Positions 47,381 to 56,847 of a DNA stretch of 64,000 nucleotides are shown here, one piece after another. The stretch is from the IMG/VR virus record IMGVR_UViG_3300029989_000016, positions 3,349 to 67,348 of that record. One strand, given 5' to 3'. The notes beneath the pieces are model-generated. The model ran no database searches. It saw only the letters and a list, made by a program, of their open reading frames with translations, and was not told the DNA's origin. The DNA comes from a virus. The translations under genes and the position numbers were made by a program. Positions within the stretch are counted from its first letter, which is position 1. The number at the start of each line of letters is the position of its first letter.

Positions 47381-47814
47381 TACGCCTCGATTCGATTGAT
47401 TACGATAGGTTGATTCGGGTCAATCCACGCCCAGGCCGTTATTTTAACCGATACGCGGCCCATGCGTTGCTGCAATGTCTTCGCCGCCACTAAACTGTTG
47501 GCAAGCTTCGCGCCGAATTCTGTATCTTCAGGACTTGCGCCGCCCTGCACCATGACGCTGTTTTCTTTCAGATACAAGTCGTACGCCGCGCTCTTGTAGT
47601 TGAAATAAATGCGCAGGTATGGCTTTGCCCGTTCGCGCTTCGACTTAATGGACGGGACTTCCTTTTGCTTGCGCTCGTGCCGCTCGTCTGCACTTTCACG
47701 GTCGCGCCGGGCGTTATCGGAGTGGTCTTTAAAGTGCTTACGCTTACGCTTGCGCTTGTTTGCGCGGACGTTCGCAAAAGCGCTGCTGTAGTTCTTTGCC
47801 ATTATTTTCTCCAA
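47380..47814 (-). CDS. Basic hypothetical protein
   Basis: Lys/Arg-rich N-terminus; TAATG coupled to the primase. Confidence 0.7.
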   Translation of the reverse strand: MEKIMAKNYSSAFANVRANKRKRKRKHFKDHSDNARRDRESADERHERKQKEVPSIKSKRERAKPYLRIYFNYKSAAYDLYLKENSVMVQGGASPEDTEFGAKLANSLVAAKTLQQRMGRVSVKITAWAWIDPNQPIVINRIEA

Positions 47815-48215
47815 TCGCCTTTGATTAAACGGAATGACGTAATATCTTGATCAGCCGATGCCGAATGGTGTCCCCAGGAATAATGGCCTGCGATTACGCC
47901 GGATTCTATGCGACCAGAAGCTCTGGCAACGTCAACGATTGCATCCGGCTCAGTAGGGCAGGCTCCGCCCGGCCATGCTATCCAGCCATACTCTCCAGGC
48001 GCCAGTTCCACTCGCCGTATCGCCTCTTTTAGATCGGCCATGATCTTGTCACTCGTTTCGAAACAGTAGTAGTTATGGTGGTCATGCAGCGCCGCCTTTG
48101 CAGCGCGCAAAAGATTATCTTTGGGCGATAGTTGGCACAGATCCAAAGTTATTGCGTTTCTGTCACGCAACATCGCAACGTTCAATTCAACGACAGCATC
48201 TACTTTCTTGCTCAT
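47802..48215 (-). CDS. Hypothetical protein
   Basis: C-terminal GWI.W.GG.CP....VDV...G....W.H....DI..FRL phage module. Confidence 0.75.
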   Translation of the reverse strand: MSKKVDAVVELNVAMLRDRNAITLDLCQLSPKDNLLRAAKAALHDHHNYYCFETSDKIMADLKEAIRRVELAPGEYGWIAWPGGACPTEPDAIVDVARASGRIESGVIAGHYSWGHHSASADQDITSFRLIKGDWRK

Positions 48216-48415
48216 TTCGCTTCCTTACAAGTAAGGCCCATACGGCGCGCAACCTCTTTATGGATCTTGCGCGACTTAGCGACGAACGGCGCGGCATGGT
48301 CGATATCAACCCCACCCTCTACCTCTTTATATATGCGGTAGTACTCTTCCTGCTGCGTCTTGGACGGCTCCGGCATTGCGCCCGTGGCCAGATTGTCGTG
48401 GTCGGTCAAGTTCAT
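48212..48415 (-). CDS. Hypothetical protein
   Basis: ATGA overlap; first gene of the primase operon. Confidence 0.65.
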   Translation of the reverse strand: MNLTDHDNLATGAMPEPSKTQQEEYYRIYKEVEGGVDIDHAAPFVAKSRKIHKEVARRMGLTCKEAK

Positions 48416-48591
48416 GGTGGACTTTCTTTCTGGTTAATCAAGCGCCTATTATATATGCCTTCGCGCCAAGTAGGGATAGTTTACGCAACTATTTATACGT
48501 TCACTATGAACGAAAATAATTTACCGTTACGGTGGAAAGCGAGATATACTTCGTGCTGTAGTTCCGAGAATAACTCAGAAAGGAAATAGAA

Positions 48592-49050
48592 ATGCATACA
48601 GTACACAAGTACTCCCTGCCGCACCCGCATCAAGAATCGATCATCCAATGCCCGGAGGACGGAATCATCACTGCCGTTGCAATTCAGAACGGAGTCCCTT
48701 GCCTCTGGATGTGGGTCGATACTAACGCCCCTATCGTTTCCCGCGCATTCCGTTCGTTCGGCACCGGATGGCCCATCCTGCCGCCCATCGGATTGCTGCC
48801 GCACTTCGTAGGCACTTATTTCGAAGAAAGCGAAGCATTCGGCATGAACCTCGTTTGGCACCTCTTCGAATTCATCGACGCTGCGCCCTTCGATACCATT
48901 ATCGATCCGCAAAGCGCCGACGATATCGAGCAAGAGAAAGCCGATATCGCCGCTGATATGCGCCGCGAAATCGTAGAGCCGGACACCGGAGAATCCGACT
49001 CAGACCGTGCAATGCGCGTACTGGGCCGTATCAAAGGGGATTCGCAATGA
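48592..49050 (+). CDS. Conserved phage hypothetical protein
   Basis: VHKY.L...Q...PCLW.WVD...F..FGTG.P...FVGT...LVWHLFE; AGGA RBS. Confidence 0.8.
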   Translation: MHTVHKYSLPHPHQESIIQCPEDGIITAVAIQNGVPCLWMWVDTNAPIVSRAFRSFGTGWPILPPIGLLPHFVGTYFEESEAFGMNLVWHLFEFIDAAPFDTIIDPQSADDIEQEKADIAADMRREIVEPDTGESDSDRAMRVLGRIKGDSQ

Positions 49051-49544
49051 ACGGCAAAGCCGCTAAACGCATCCGCCTCGCTGCCGAACGGCAGAACTAT
49101 CACGGTGAATGCGCTGGCGAAACCCTGCGCGTAACGTACCGACGACTTAAATCGGAATACCTGGCATCGCCTTACCATGCTCGTAAGTGCTACGGCTGGC
49201 CTCACCACTCGCATAAGGTTCGAATCGGCATGGCTCGTGTTCGTGCAGCGGAAGAAAGCCTGTTCCTGATGCGCAAAGAACGTGCGGCGACTATGGCATA
49301 CTTCGAACCTACGCCAGCGCAAAACGATGCTGCCGAAAAGTTTTTCGTCCAAGTGCATTCCGAAATCGATTCCGTTATCGAGCGAACCACAAAGAATATC
49401 GCGGACGTTTGCGGCCTCGATCCCGAAGTATTGAAGGGCGCAGTAGACGCGCCTGGCCGGGTCAAGGCGAGCGATTACGTCATCGTGCAAGTCGAATCCA
49501 GCGAGCCTATCAAGTACGTAACCGGCTTTGCCAAGTTAATCTAA
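49047..49544 (+). CDS. Hypothetical protein
   Basis: ATGA overlap; MNGKAAKRIR...YRRLK. Confidence 0.7.
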   Translation: MNGKAAKRIRLAAERQNYHGECAGETLRVTYRRLKSEYLASPYHARKCYGWPHHSHKVRIGMARVRAAEESLFLMRKERAATMAYFEPTPAQNDAAEKFFVQVHSEIDSVIERTTKNIADVCGLDPEVLKGAVDAPGRVKASDYVIVQVESSEPIKYVTGFAKLI

Positions 49545-49556
49545 GGACAAAATACC

Positions 49557-50639
49557 ATGTTTGCAAAATACTACAATCTTTCCATCACACGAAACTACGT
49601 CAACGCTTGGGGTATCGGCGAAGCCTGCCGCGAAGTAATCCAGAACGCCCTCGATAGCGCATCGCCGTTCGTCTTCGAATTCATCCGCTCCGAAGACGGT
49701 AACGAGTTCACTTTGCGCCTGCGCTCCGAGTTCTCTGAATTGTCGCCTAAAACATTGCTCCTGGGCGCTTCCAGTAAGCAGGACGACCCGGACTCTATCG
49801 GCTCCTTCGGCGAGGGCTACAAGATCGCCCTTCTCGTGCTTACGCGGCTTGGCAAGCGTGTCGAAATCTGGAACGGAAAATTGCTGTGGACGCCGCGCTT
49901 TCGCATGGACAAGACTTTCGGCGAGGAAGTTCTGGCTATCGAGGAAGAAAAGCTGGACTTCCAGCATACCGGCCTGACGTATAATATCCATGGCCTTACT
50001 GAATCGGAAGTCGAATTGATTCGCATGTCCTGCCTGAAAATGCAGTCGGATATCGGCGAAGTGCGCCGCGTCGCCAAGGGCGAAATTCTGGTCAATCGCC
50101 CCGGCATGCTGTATGTCGGTAGTCTGTTCGTTTGCGATACTGGTCTGGACTTCGGATATAATATTAAACCGGAATTCATCAAGTTAGAGCGCGACCGTCA
50201 GACGGTTTCCGACTGGGATTTGAAGCTTCTGACGAAGGATATGCACATCGAATACGGCGACTTCAAAGAGCTTTCCGAACTTGTTAGCCGCGAATCGCCG
50301 GATACGGAATATGTGCGGTATGGCAGTAATTCGCTGGTGAAAGAAGCGTGTTACCAACACTTCATCGCGGCGCATCCCGGCAAGGTGATCGCCGCGAACG
50401 ATAAGGAATTGCAGGAACTGGTAAAGCGCGGAATGACGGTGTACGTGGGCGGATCGTCCTACTACTCGCAAGTGTCGCAATCCGCGTCTTACCTTGCTAA
50501 CGTTCCGAAGCTGCCGCCAGCTGCTAAACCGTCGCTCGTTCTGGAAGAGTTCCTGAAGAATAACCGTAAATATCTGGATCGCGTCGGCATCGTAGCGTTC
50601 AAGGAACTTATCAACAAGTCGCAAGACTGGAAAGCATAA
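49557..50639 (+). CDS. GHKL (HATPase_c) ATPase
   Basis: W....ACREVIQNALD, LLLG.SSK, IGSFGEGYKIALLVL. Confidence 0.85.
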   Translation: MFAKYYNLSITRNYVNAWGIGEACREVIQNALDSASPFVFEFIRSEDGNEFTLRLRSEFSELSPKTLLLGASSKQDDPDSIGSFGEGYKIALLVLTRLGKRVEIWNGKLLWTPRFRMDKTFGEEVLAIEEEKLDFQHTGLTYNIHGLTESEVELIRMSCLKMQSDIGEVRRVAKGEILVNRPGMLYVGSLFVCDTGLDFGYNIKPEFIKLERDRQTVSDWDLKLLTKDMHIEYGDFKELSELVSRESPDTEYVRYGSNSLVKEACYQHFIAAHPGKVIAANDKELQELVKRGMTVYVGGSSYYSQVSQSASYLANVPKLPPAAKPSLVLEEFLKNNRKYLDRVGIVAFKELINKSQDWKA

Positions 50640-50640
50640 A

Positions 50641-51816
50641 ATGGCCGCAACCGCAAAAGACTACACCCCGAAAGGGGCTAAGTTCCCTTTCAACTGGCAG
50701 CAAAACGAGGCCATCGGAATCGTCATCGACTGGTTCCATTCTTGGCAGGCTGGCAATCGCCGCAAGCAATGCTTTTTCTTGGCAGGCTTCGCTGGTACTG
50801 GTAAAACGTCGGTAGCCCTTACCATTTCGACTCTGTGCGTTCCGCCGCATCGCGTCGTCTATATCGCCCCTACCGGCAAGGCCGCAAGTCGTCTGCGCCA
50901 GAAAGGATGCGCTAACGCCAAGACCATACACCAGCTTATCTACAACGTTCGCGGCGAAGACGACGACGGCGAGCCTATCTTTATTGGCAAGGGTTCGATT
51001 GACGAGCGCCCTTTGCTTATCATTATGGACGAGGCATCCATGGTGGGCGAGTACGATCTGGAAAAACTGTTACAGCACGGCGTTCCCGTTCTAGCGCTGG
51101 GCGACTGGGGGCAGGTAAAGCCAGTAAAGGCCGTTGCGCACTTCACTAAAGAGCGTGCCGACTATACGCTGACCGAAATCGAGCGCACCGATAAGGATTC
51201 CAACATCGTTCGCGGCTCCATGTTCGTGCGCGAAGGTAAGCGCTTGCCTCTGGTGGAGTACGCAGACGTGCAGGTGCGCGACGGCATGCCTACTGATGCG
51301 GAATTGATCGCGCACTCTGGCGAAGATAGCCAGATTATCTGCGCCTTCAATAAGACGCGCACGGCCATTAACGCCCGCGTCCGCAAGCTGCTTGGATATG
51401 AAGGCCACCTGCCTGCCATCGGCGAGAAAATACTCTGCAAGTGCAACCAGCACGGTCACGGCTTCATGAACGGAGAGCAAGGCATCGTTCTGGAGTATCT
51501 GGAACTGGCCGACTACGAGCGCGAAGACGACGACGAGACTGGCATTATGGTTAAACTGCGCTCGCTGACTGACGGCAAGACGATTACGGTTAAGTTCAAT
51601 CCTATGTCGTTCTCTACCGACGAATTGACGCGCAATATCGCGTACAAGTCGCAGGGCGGTTTCGATTACGGGCATTGCTTGACTATCCACGCTTCGCAGG
51701 GTTCGGAGTGGGATAACGTCCTGGTGATCGAAGAGGCCATACGCGGCAGCTATGCCGAATCCATCTACACGGCAATTACCCGTGCAATCAAAAACATGCT
51801 GATGCGAAGGGCATAA
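50641..51816 (+). CDS. SF1B helicase (Dda/RecD-like)
   Basis: GFAGTGKT, APTGKAA, DEASMV, GDWGQ, TIHASQGSEW, YTAITRA. Confidence 0.92.
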   Translation: MAATAKDYTPKGAKFPFNWQQNEAIGIVIDWFHSWQAGNRRKQCFFLAGFAGTGKTSVALTISTLCVPPHRVVYIAPTGKAASRLRQKGCANAKTIHQLIYNVRGEDDDGEPIFIGKGSIDERPLLIIMDEASMVGEYDLEKLLQHGVPVLALGDWGQVKPVKAVAHFTKERADYTLTEIERTDKDSNIVRGSMFVREGKRLPLVEYADVQVRDGMPTDAELIAHSGEDSQIICAFNKTRTAINARVRKLLGYEGHLPAIGEKILCKCNQHGHGFMNGEQGIVLEYLELADYEREDDDETGIMVKLRSLTDGKTITVKFNPMSFSTDELTRNIAYKSQGGFDYGHCLTIHASQGSEWDNVLVIEEAIRGSYAESIYTAITRAIKNMLMRRA

Positions 51817-51817
51817 T

Positions 51818-52144
51818 ATGAGCAAAATCAACGCAATCGCCGCCGAATATTTTGGGGCAGGTTCCGACTACACCGCGCCCGGCAAACGCATCAAGCGCCG
51901 CACGATTACCGGGCCGCGCAACCACCCGAAGCCCGAAGCGGCATTGCCCGCCGTCCCTGCAATGTCGGAAGTGCAGGCGCTTTTCGAAGAGTGGGCCGCT
52001 CGGGACGAATACTGGATGAAGCTTGCGCCGCAGGGCGTGGGCATGACGTACATTTCGCAAATTACCGAAGGGGCATACCGTGGATTCGTTGCGGCGATGG
52101 AAATGGGCAAAGAAGCTTTTCAGATTCAATTTAATAAGGGGTAA
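51818..52144 (+). CDS. Hypothetical protein
   Basis: Packed in the operon; LFEEWA...Y....T..AY.GF. Confidence 0.65.
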   Translation: MSKINAIAAEYFGAGSDYTAPGKRIKRRTITGPRNHPKPEAALPAVPAMSEVQALFEEWAARDEYWMKLAPQGVGMTYISQITEGAYRGFVAAMEMGKEAFQIQFNKG

Positions 52145-52148
52145 TATA

Positions 52149-53165
52149 ATGCCGCACGATTTAGTAGCAAAAGTTCCAGAGATTAACCGCGACTCTTCGC
52201 AGTTCGCGCAATTGACCAGCAAGGCGATGCTGGAAATTGTCGATGCGATGGGCCTGGGCGCAGTCATTACGAGCGTGGACGAACTGTCCATAGTCGTTAG
52301 CGGCGTTAAAGACTTGCTGGAAGGGCAGAAGATCGCAATCCAAGAGCGTATGCAGCGACTGGAAGACGACAAGAAATTCATTAACGAAACCCGCGACGCG
52401 CAATCTCTGCGCGCCCGTCTTCTTAACGCATTCGGCGGCGATCCCGAATTACCCATCACCAACGACGCTCTAATTAAGCAAGCCCTGAAGCTTTCGAATC
52501 AGGCCGAGCAAGGGATAGTTCACGGCAATACTGTATCGGAAGTCCAGAAGGCTCTGGGCTTTAATGCGCCGGGATTTTACGATCCGTCGCTGATCGTTAT
52601 GCAGGTAAAGAAGCGCCACGACGACCTGGAATCGCTGCGCAAAGTCCTTAACGAGTGCCAAGCCATTTCCATCGCCGAACACATTAAGATCGTTCGGCAG
52701 CGCGACGCCTTCGGTAACATTCTTACCGACTATATCCATAGCGCGGCTATCCGGGACGTAATGGCCGAACGTGAGAAGCAAGTCACCGTAAAGGGCTATA
52801 CTGCCCGGCAAGACGACGCATACGGGCAAGGCGTCCTTTCCACCAGCGCAGCGGCATACGCAAGCCCTTCGCTTTACGAATTCGCATGGGCATTCAGACC
52901 CGACTCGTTTAAGCCTTCGGACGATCCGCGCCGCAACTGGGTTAAGGCGTGCGCAATGCTTATTGCCGAAATCGAGAAATACGACCGGTCGCAGGCAGTA
53001 AAGCCTAAGGCGGCAGCAACGCCCAGCGAGGACGCGCTAGGCCCGACGCAACCGACCGCCGCGCAGTTACGGGAGGCCGACCGCAATGCAGGCGCTACGG
53101 GCCGCGCAGGACGCGATAAACGTTGGGCGCAGCGCGACGGCATGACCCGTCCAGAAGAGCAATAA
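52149..53165 (+). CDS. Coiled-coil protein with Ead/Ea22-type C-terminal module
   Basis: DVMAERE.Q...GY....DD.Y...AAAYA...FKP....RRN.VKA.A..IAEIE.YDR. Confidence 0.7.
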   Translation: MPHDLVAKVPEINRDSSQFAQLTSKAMLEIVDAMGLGAVITSVDELSIVVSGVKDLLEGQKIAIQERMQRLEDDKKFINETRDAQSLRARLLNAFGGDPELPITNDALIKQALKLSNQAEQGIVHGNTVSEVQKALGFNAPGFYDPSLIVMQVKKRHDDLESLRKVLNECQAISIAEHIKIVRQRDAFGNILTDYIHSAAIRDVMAEREKQVTVKGYTARQDDAYGQGVLSTSAAAYASPSLYEFAWAFRPDSFKPSDDPRRNWVKACAMLIAEIEKYDRSQAVKPKAAATPSEDALGPTQPTAAQLREADRNAGATGRAGRDKRWAQRDGMTRPEEQ

Positions 53166-53292
53166 ATTACGGCCATAAATAATACGTAAAAATGCCCTGA
53201 TTCTATTTACTTAGCGCTTCGATCAGTGCATAATATCTTCAGTTGCACGAAACAACGAATTAAATTCTTATAATCTAAAAGGACATAAAATT

Positions 53293-54231
53293 ATGAACAC
53301 TCAAGAAAATGCTGTCGGCGGTACGAACACCCTGAACCCTGCCATCCCTACCGACGCGCAAATCGCCGCCAAAGAAAAGGCCGACAAAAAAGCTGCCGAC
53401 GCGCAAGCCAAGCTGGACAAAAAAGCCGCTGAAGACCTGATCAAAGCCGACAAAAAAGCTGCCGACGACCTGGCAAAAGCCGAAAAAGCAGCCGTCGCAT
53501 TGCAGGCCAAAGCCGACGCCAAAGCGCTGAAGGATGCCGAAAAAGCCAAAAAACTGGCCGACGCTGCCGCGCTGAAAGCGAAAGACGCCGAAGAAAACGC
53601 TGGCGCCATCGCCGAAGCCAAGGCCAAAAAAGAGGCAGACGCCGCCGCCGCGAAGCTGGAAGCGAAAACCAAGAAAGACGCCGATAAAGTCGCCGCAAAA
53701 GCCCTGAAAGATGCCGCCAAGGCCGAAAAAGCCGAAACCGCCCTGCGCCTGAAAAGCGAAGGAAAGACCGCACGCGAAGCCCACCTGGCAAGCGTCGCTA
53801 AATCGGTTGCAGAACGCCGCGCAGCTACCGTAACGCCGGGTGGCCGTCGTCCGAAGGCAACGCATATCGTTCTGAATGCCGACGATTCCGCGCTGTCCGT
53901 CCCGCAAAAAGCATCGGTTCGCGGCCATGTGCTGGCCTACATCCGCGAAAACTTCGTCGTCGGTGAGCAAGTATGCATCGAAACGATGGGGGCCGATATC
54001 GCCGCCGCCGACCTGGCAGCAAGCGCGGCCCGTACCCCGCAAATCCTGTACGGTTCGGCCCTGCGCCAGTACCTGTCGAAGCTGGAAGAAATGGGCCATA
54101 TCGATTACGTCGCCGTCGCACCTTCGGAACCGGAATCCCCCGCTTGTGGCGCACCGGACGAAACTGGCAACGCTTCGGCTGACCAAGCTGAAGGCCAGAC
54201 AGTCGGCGAAGAAAGCCCCGAGCAAGCTTAA
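53293..54231 (+). CDS. Ala/Lys-rich histone-H1/TolA-like protein with globular C-terminal domain
   Basis: Repeated KADKKAA/AKALKDA units, strong codon bias, own promoter-like sequence and AAGGA RBS. Confidence 0.8.
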   Translation: MNTQENAVGGTNTLNPAIPTDAQIAAKEKADKKAADAQAKLDKKAAEDLIKADKKAADDLAKAEKAAVALQAKADAKALKDAEKAKKLADAAALKAKDAEENAGAIAEAKAKKEADAAAAKLEAKTKKDADKVAAKALKDAAKAEKAETALRLKSEGKTAREAHLASVAKSVAERRAATVTPGGRRPKATHIVLNADDSALSVPQKASVRGHVLAYIRENFVVGEQVCIETMGADIAAADLAASAARTPQILYGSALRQYLSKLEEMGHIDYVAVAPSEPESPACGAPDETGNASADQAEGQTVGEESPEQA

Positions 54232-54273
54232 TAAGCCAGTAAAATCTCACTAGCCGCACAAGCGGCATAGTAT

Positions 54274-54314
54274 AATACCCGTCAAGGCCCAAAGTTCTGA
54301 CGGGTATTTTTTTT
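54274..54314 (+). terminator. Rho-independent terminator overlapping a TATAAT box
   Basis: AATACCCGTCA...TGACGGGTATTTTTTTT. Confidence 0.7.
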
Positions 54315-54337
54315 AAACTAAAATAGAAAGTCTCACT

Positions 54338-55297
54338 ATGAAAACGACCATTATCGGCGCAGGGCTGGCCGGGCTTATCGCGGCCTGCTATTTTAAGGAT
54401 GCCGCCATCGTAGAAGCCGGTAAGCGCGCACCATCCCATAAAGCCCTCTTGCGTTTTCGCGGCGAAGGTGTAAGTGATATGACCGGGATTCCTTTTAAGG
54501 AAGTCCGCGTGCATAAAGAAGTCCACTCAGACGACAAGCAGCATGCGCATTGCGCTATCGCCGATTCGAACCTGTACGCCCGCAAGGTATCCGGCGCAGT
54601 CGCCGCCCGCTCCATTCTCGATCTGCGCCCGGTAACGCGCTATATCGCCCCGGACGACCTGTACGACCAGCTTGCCGACCGGCACGCGTCGCGTATCGAG
54701 TGGGAGACTCCCCTGGCCAACATTAACCATTCATATGAGCCGTTGACGCAATGGATTAACACCGCCCCTCTGCCCGTTATTATGGACATTTGCGGAATGC
54801 CGCCGCTATCCATTGCTCAAACCCAGCATAAGGCAATACGCGTTAATCGCTACCTAGTGCCGTGTTGCGACGTTTACCAGACGATGTACTTTCCAGAGCA
54901 AGACTTACGGGTCTACCGTGCGTCCATTACCGGCAACCTGCTAATCGTGGAGTCTATCGATTCCGTCGATCCGTCCGAAGTATTCGTATGGCGAGAAACC
55001 CGCGATGAAGAATTGATTCGCGTACTGCAATCGTTCGGCATCGGCGATATGTTTATGGACTTGCATGTTCTTCCTTCGGTATCGCAAAAGCTGGGCAAGA
55101 TTACCGACTTGCCGCGAGACCAGCGCGAGGCTATTCTGTACGAGTTGACTAACACGCATAACGTCTTCAGCCTGGGCCGCTTTGCCACGTGGCGCAATAT
55201 CCTGCTGGACGACGTTGTAAGCGATATCGGCAAGGTTGACCGACTTATGCAATCTTCGAACTATCACCGCAATCTTTCGATTCGCGGGCGGAAATAA
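54338..55297 (+). CDS. FAD/NAD-binding flavoprotein (mutase/oxidoreductase-like)
   Basis: IIGAGLAGL dinucleotide fold; INTAPL; C-terminal SLGRFATWRN. Confidence 0.8.
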   Translation: MKTTIIGAGLAGLIAACYFKDAAIVEAGKRAPSHKALLRFRGEGVSDMTGIPFKEVRVHKEVHSDDKQHAHCAIADSNLYARKVSGAVAARSILDLRPVTRYIAPDDLYDQLADRHASRIEWETPLANINHSYEPLTQWINTAPLPVIMDICGMPPLSIAQTQHKAIRVNRYLVPCCDVYQTMYFPEQDLRVYRASITGNLLIVESIDSVDPSEVFVWRETRDEELIRVLQSFGIGDMFMDLHVLPSVSQKLGKITDLPRDQREAILYELTNTHNVFSLGRFATWRNILLDDVVSDIGKVDRLMQSSNYHRNLSIRGRK

Positions 55298-55548
55298 TGC
55301 CAGGCGCGATCCGTTCGAAGCGCCGCAAGTATGGCGGGAAAATATATGATCTGGTTCGATCCGATTTAGTATCCATCGGCGAAGTTATCAGATATAATCC
55401 TACAAACTGGGGCTTGCGTATTGACCGCATTTACTGGCGCGATGGCGAACCTAACCGAGTGTCTGGCGGTATGGTAGGGCCGCGCTGCTATAGTTTGGCG
55501 CAGGCAGTCATAATGATGAACCGAATTGCGAAAGAACTTAAATTATGA
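55297..55548 (+). CDS. Hypothetical protein
   Basis: TAATG and ATGA coupling. Confidence 0.6.
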   Translation: MPGAIRSKRRKYGGKIYDLVRSDLVSIGEVIRYNPTNWGLRIDRIYWRDGEPNRVSGGMVGPRCYSLAQAVIMMNRIAKELKL

Positions 55549-55997
55549 AAACCGAACCAATATCAATCCATAGCATGGACGACGCAAAGAACGGATTGCG
55601 CAAGACGGCAGTTTTCGAAATGCGCGTTGACCGTCCAGGCTTCGAAATCGTTTTGAGGCACAAAGAGAATACCGTAACGCTGCCCGGCGACGTTCGCGTG
55701 GTAAGTGGTGACGTGCTTATCGTGCGCGAGTATATGCCTGCTGCTCCTCACCGTTCGTCGCTCCCACGCGTGCCTGGACGCCATAAATATATCGGCGACA
55801 CTCCACCCGGAATCCCCGGCATCGAACCGAACTACTCAGGCCGCATTTCCGTGCGACGTATCCAGAAAGTAACCGCATACGGCGATGACTGTATTGCCGT
55901 AGTAATCGGCCCTGCATACCATTCCACGATCAGCCAGATTGCCCGCGACGGCTTCGCAATGCGCGTGTTCAAATTCATTCGTCGCGCTTGGAATTAA
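55545..55997 (+). CDS. ASCH/DUF3850-like domain protein
   Basis: K...FEMR.DR..F, V.SGDVLIVREY, YSGR...R.I..V with insertions. Confidence 0.55.
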   Translation: MKTEPISIHSMDDAKNGLRKTAVFEMRVDRPGFEIVLRHKENTVTLPGDVRVVSGDVLIVREYMPAAPHRSSLPRVPGRHKYIGDTPPGIPGIEPNYSGRISVRRIQKVTAYGDDCIAVVIGPAYHSTISQIARDGFAMRVFKFIRRAWN

Positions 55998-56061
55998 TCG
56001 CTTGCTTCCATAGTGAACAGGCCCCATAATAATGCTTTACCATCTTAGAAAGACATAGAAT

Positions 56062-56829
56062 ATGCAAGTCAGAATCCTCGCCAGCACTCCGAACGCGCTG
56101 GACATTTTACTCGGCACGAAGTCAGCCCGTATGCGCGGCGCTGATCCTGCGACTATGACTGAAGCGGAAAAGCAAGACCATTACCGCTACATGCTCGACA
56201 CCATCAAAAGCCCTTTCGAATTCGTGGACTACATTTTCGAAATCAGCGGCGTCAGCAAGAACTTTACGCATCAACTCGTGCGAACCCGTACCGGCGCATA
56301 CCAGCAAGAGACTAGCCGCGCCCTGGACATGTCGGACTGCGAAACGATTACGCCGGAAGGACTGGAAGGGCGGGCGCTGGAACTGTTCCTGGACGGCGTG
56401 GCCGACGCAAATTGCAACTATGCGAACCTGATCGCGGCTGGCGCTCAACTGCAAGACGCCCGCGCAATCCTGCCTTCGAATATGGCAACCAAAATCCAAG
56501 CAAAGTTCAACCTGCGCACTCTGAGCGAGACGGCAAAGAATCGGCTTTGCACCCGTACCGCAGGCGAGTATCAGAACGTATTCCGCCTTATGCGCGCTGC
56601 CGTCCTTGAACTGCATCCGTGGGCCGATTCGCTCCTGCAAGTCGCTTGCGTGGCCACCGGGCAATGCGCTTTCCCGCGTCATGCGATGCCGACCGAAGAT
56701 AAGCCGGGCTGTACGTTCTGGCGTCCGTGGATGGACTTGCGCGACGAAAAGGACGAACTTCGAAAAGTATTCTGGGCAACTGACTTGACCACGAATAACC
56801 CTATTGCCAATAACGGCAAGTCCATTTAA
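56062..56829 (+). CDS. thyX: ThyX-family flavin-dependent thymidylate synthase homologue (non-canonical motif)
   Basis: SPFE...F.I.GVS..FTHQLVRTR...QQETSR, DARAILP, NLRTL, RLC. Confidence 0.85.
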   Translation: MQVRILASTPNALDILLGTKSARMRGADPATMTEAEKQDHYRYMLDTIKSPFEFVDYIFEISGVSKNFTHQLVRTRTGAYQQETSRALDMSDCETITPEGLEGRALELFLDGVADANCNYANLIAAGAQLQDARAILPSNMATKIQAKFNLRTLSETAKNRLCTRTAGEYQNVFRLMRAAVLELHPWADSLLQVACVATGQCAFPRHAMPTEDKPGCTFWRPWMDLRDEKDELRKVFWATDLTTNNPIANNGKSI

Positions 56830-56847
56830 CTAAAGAAGGAAACCACT

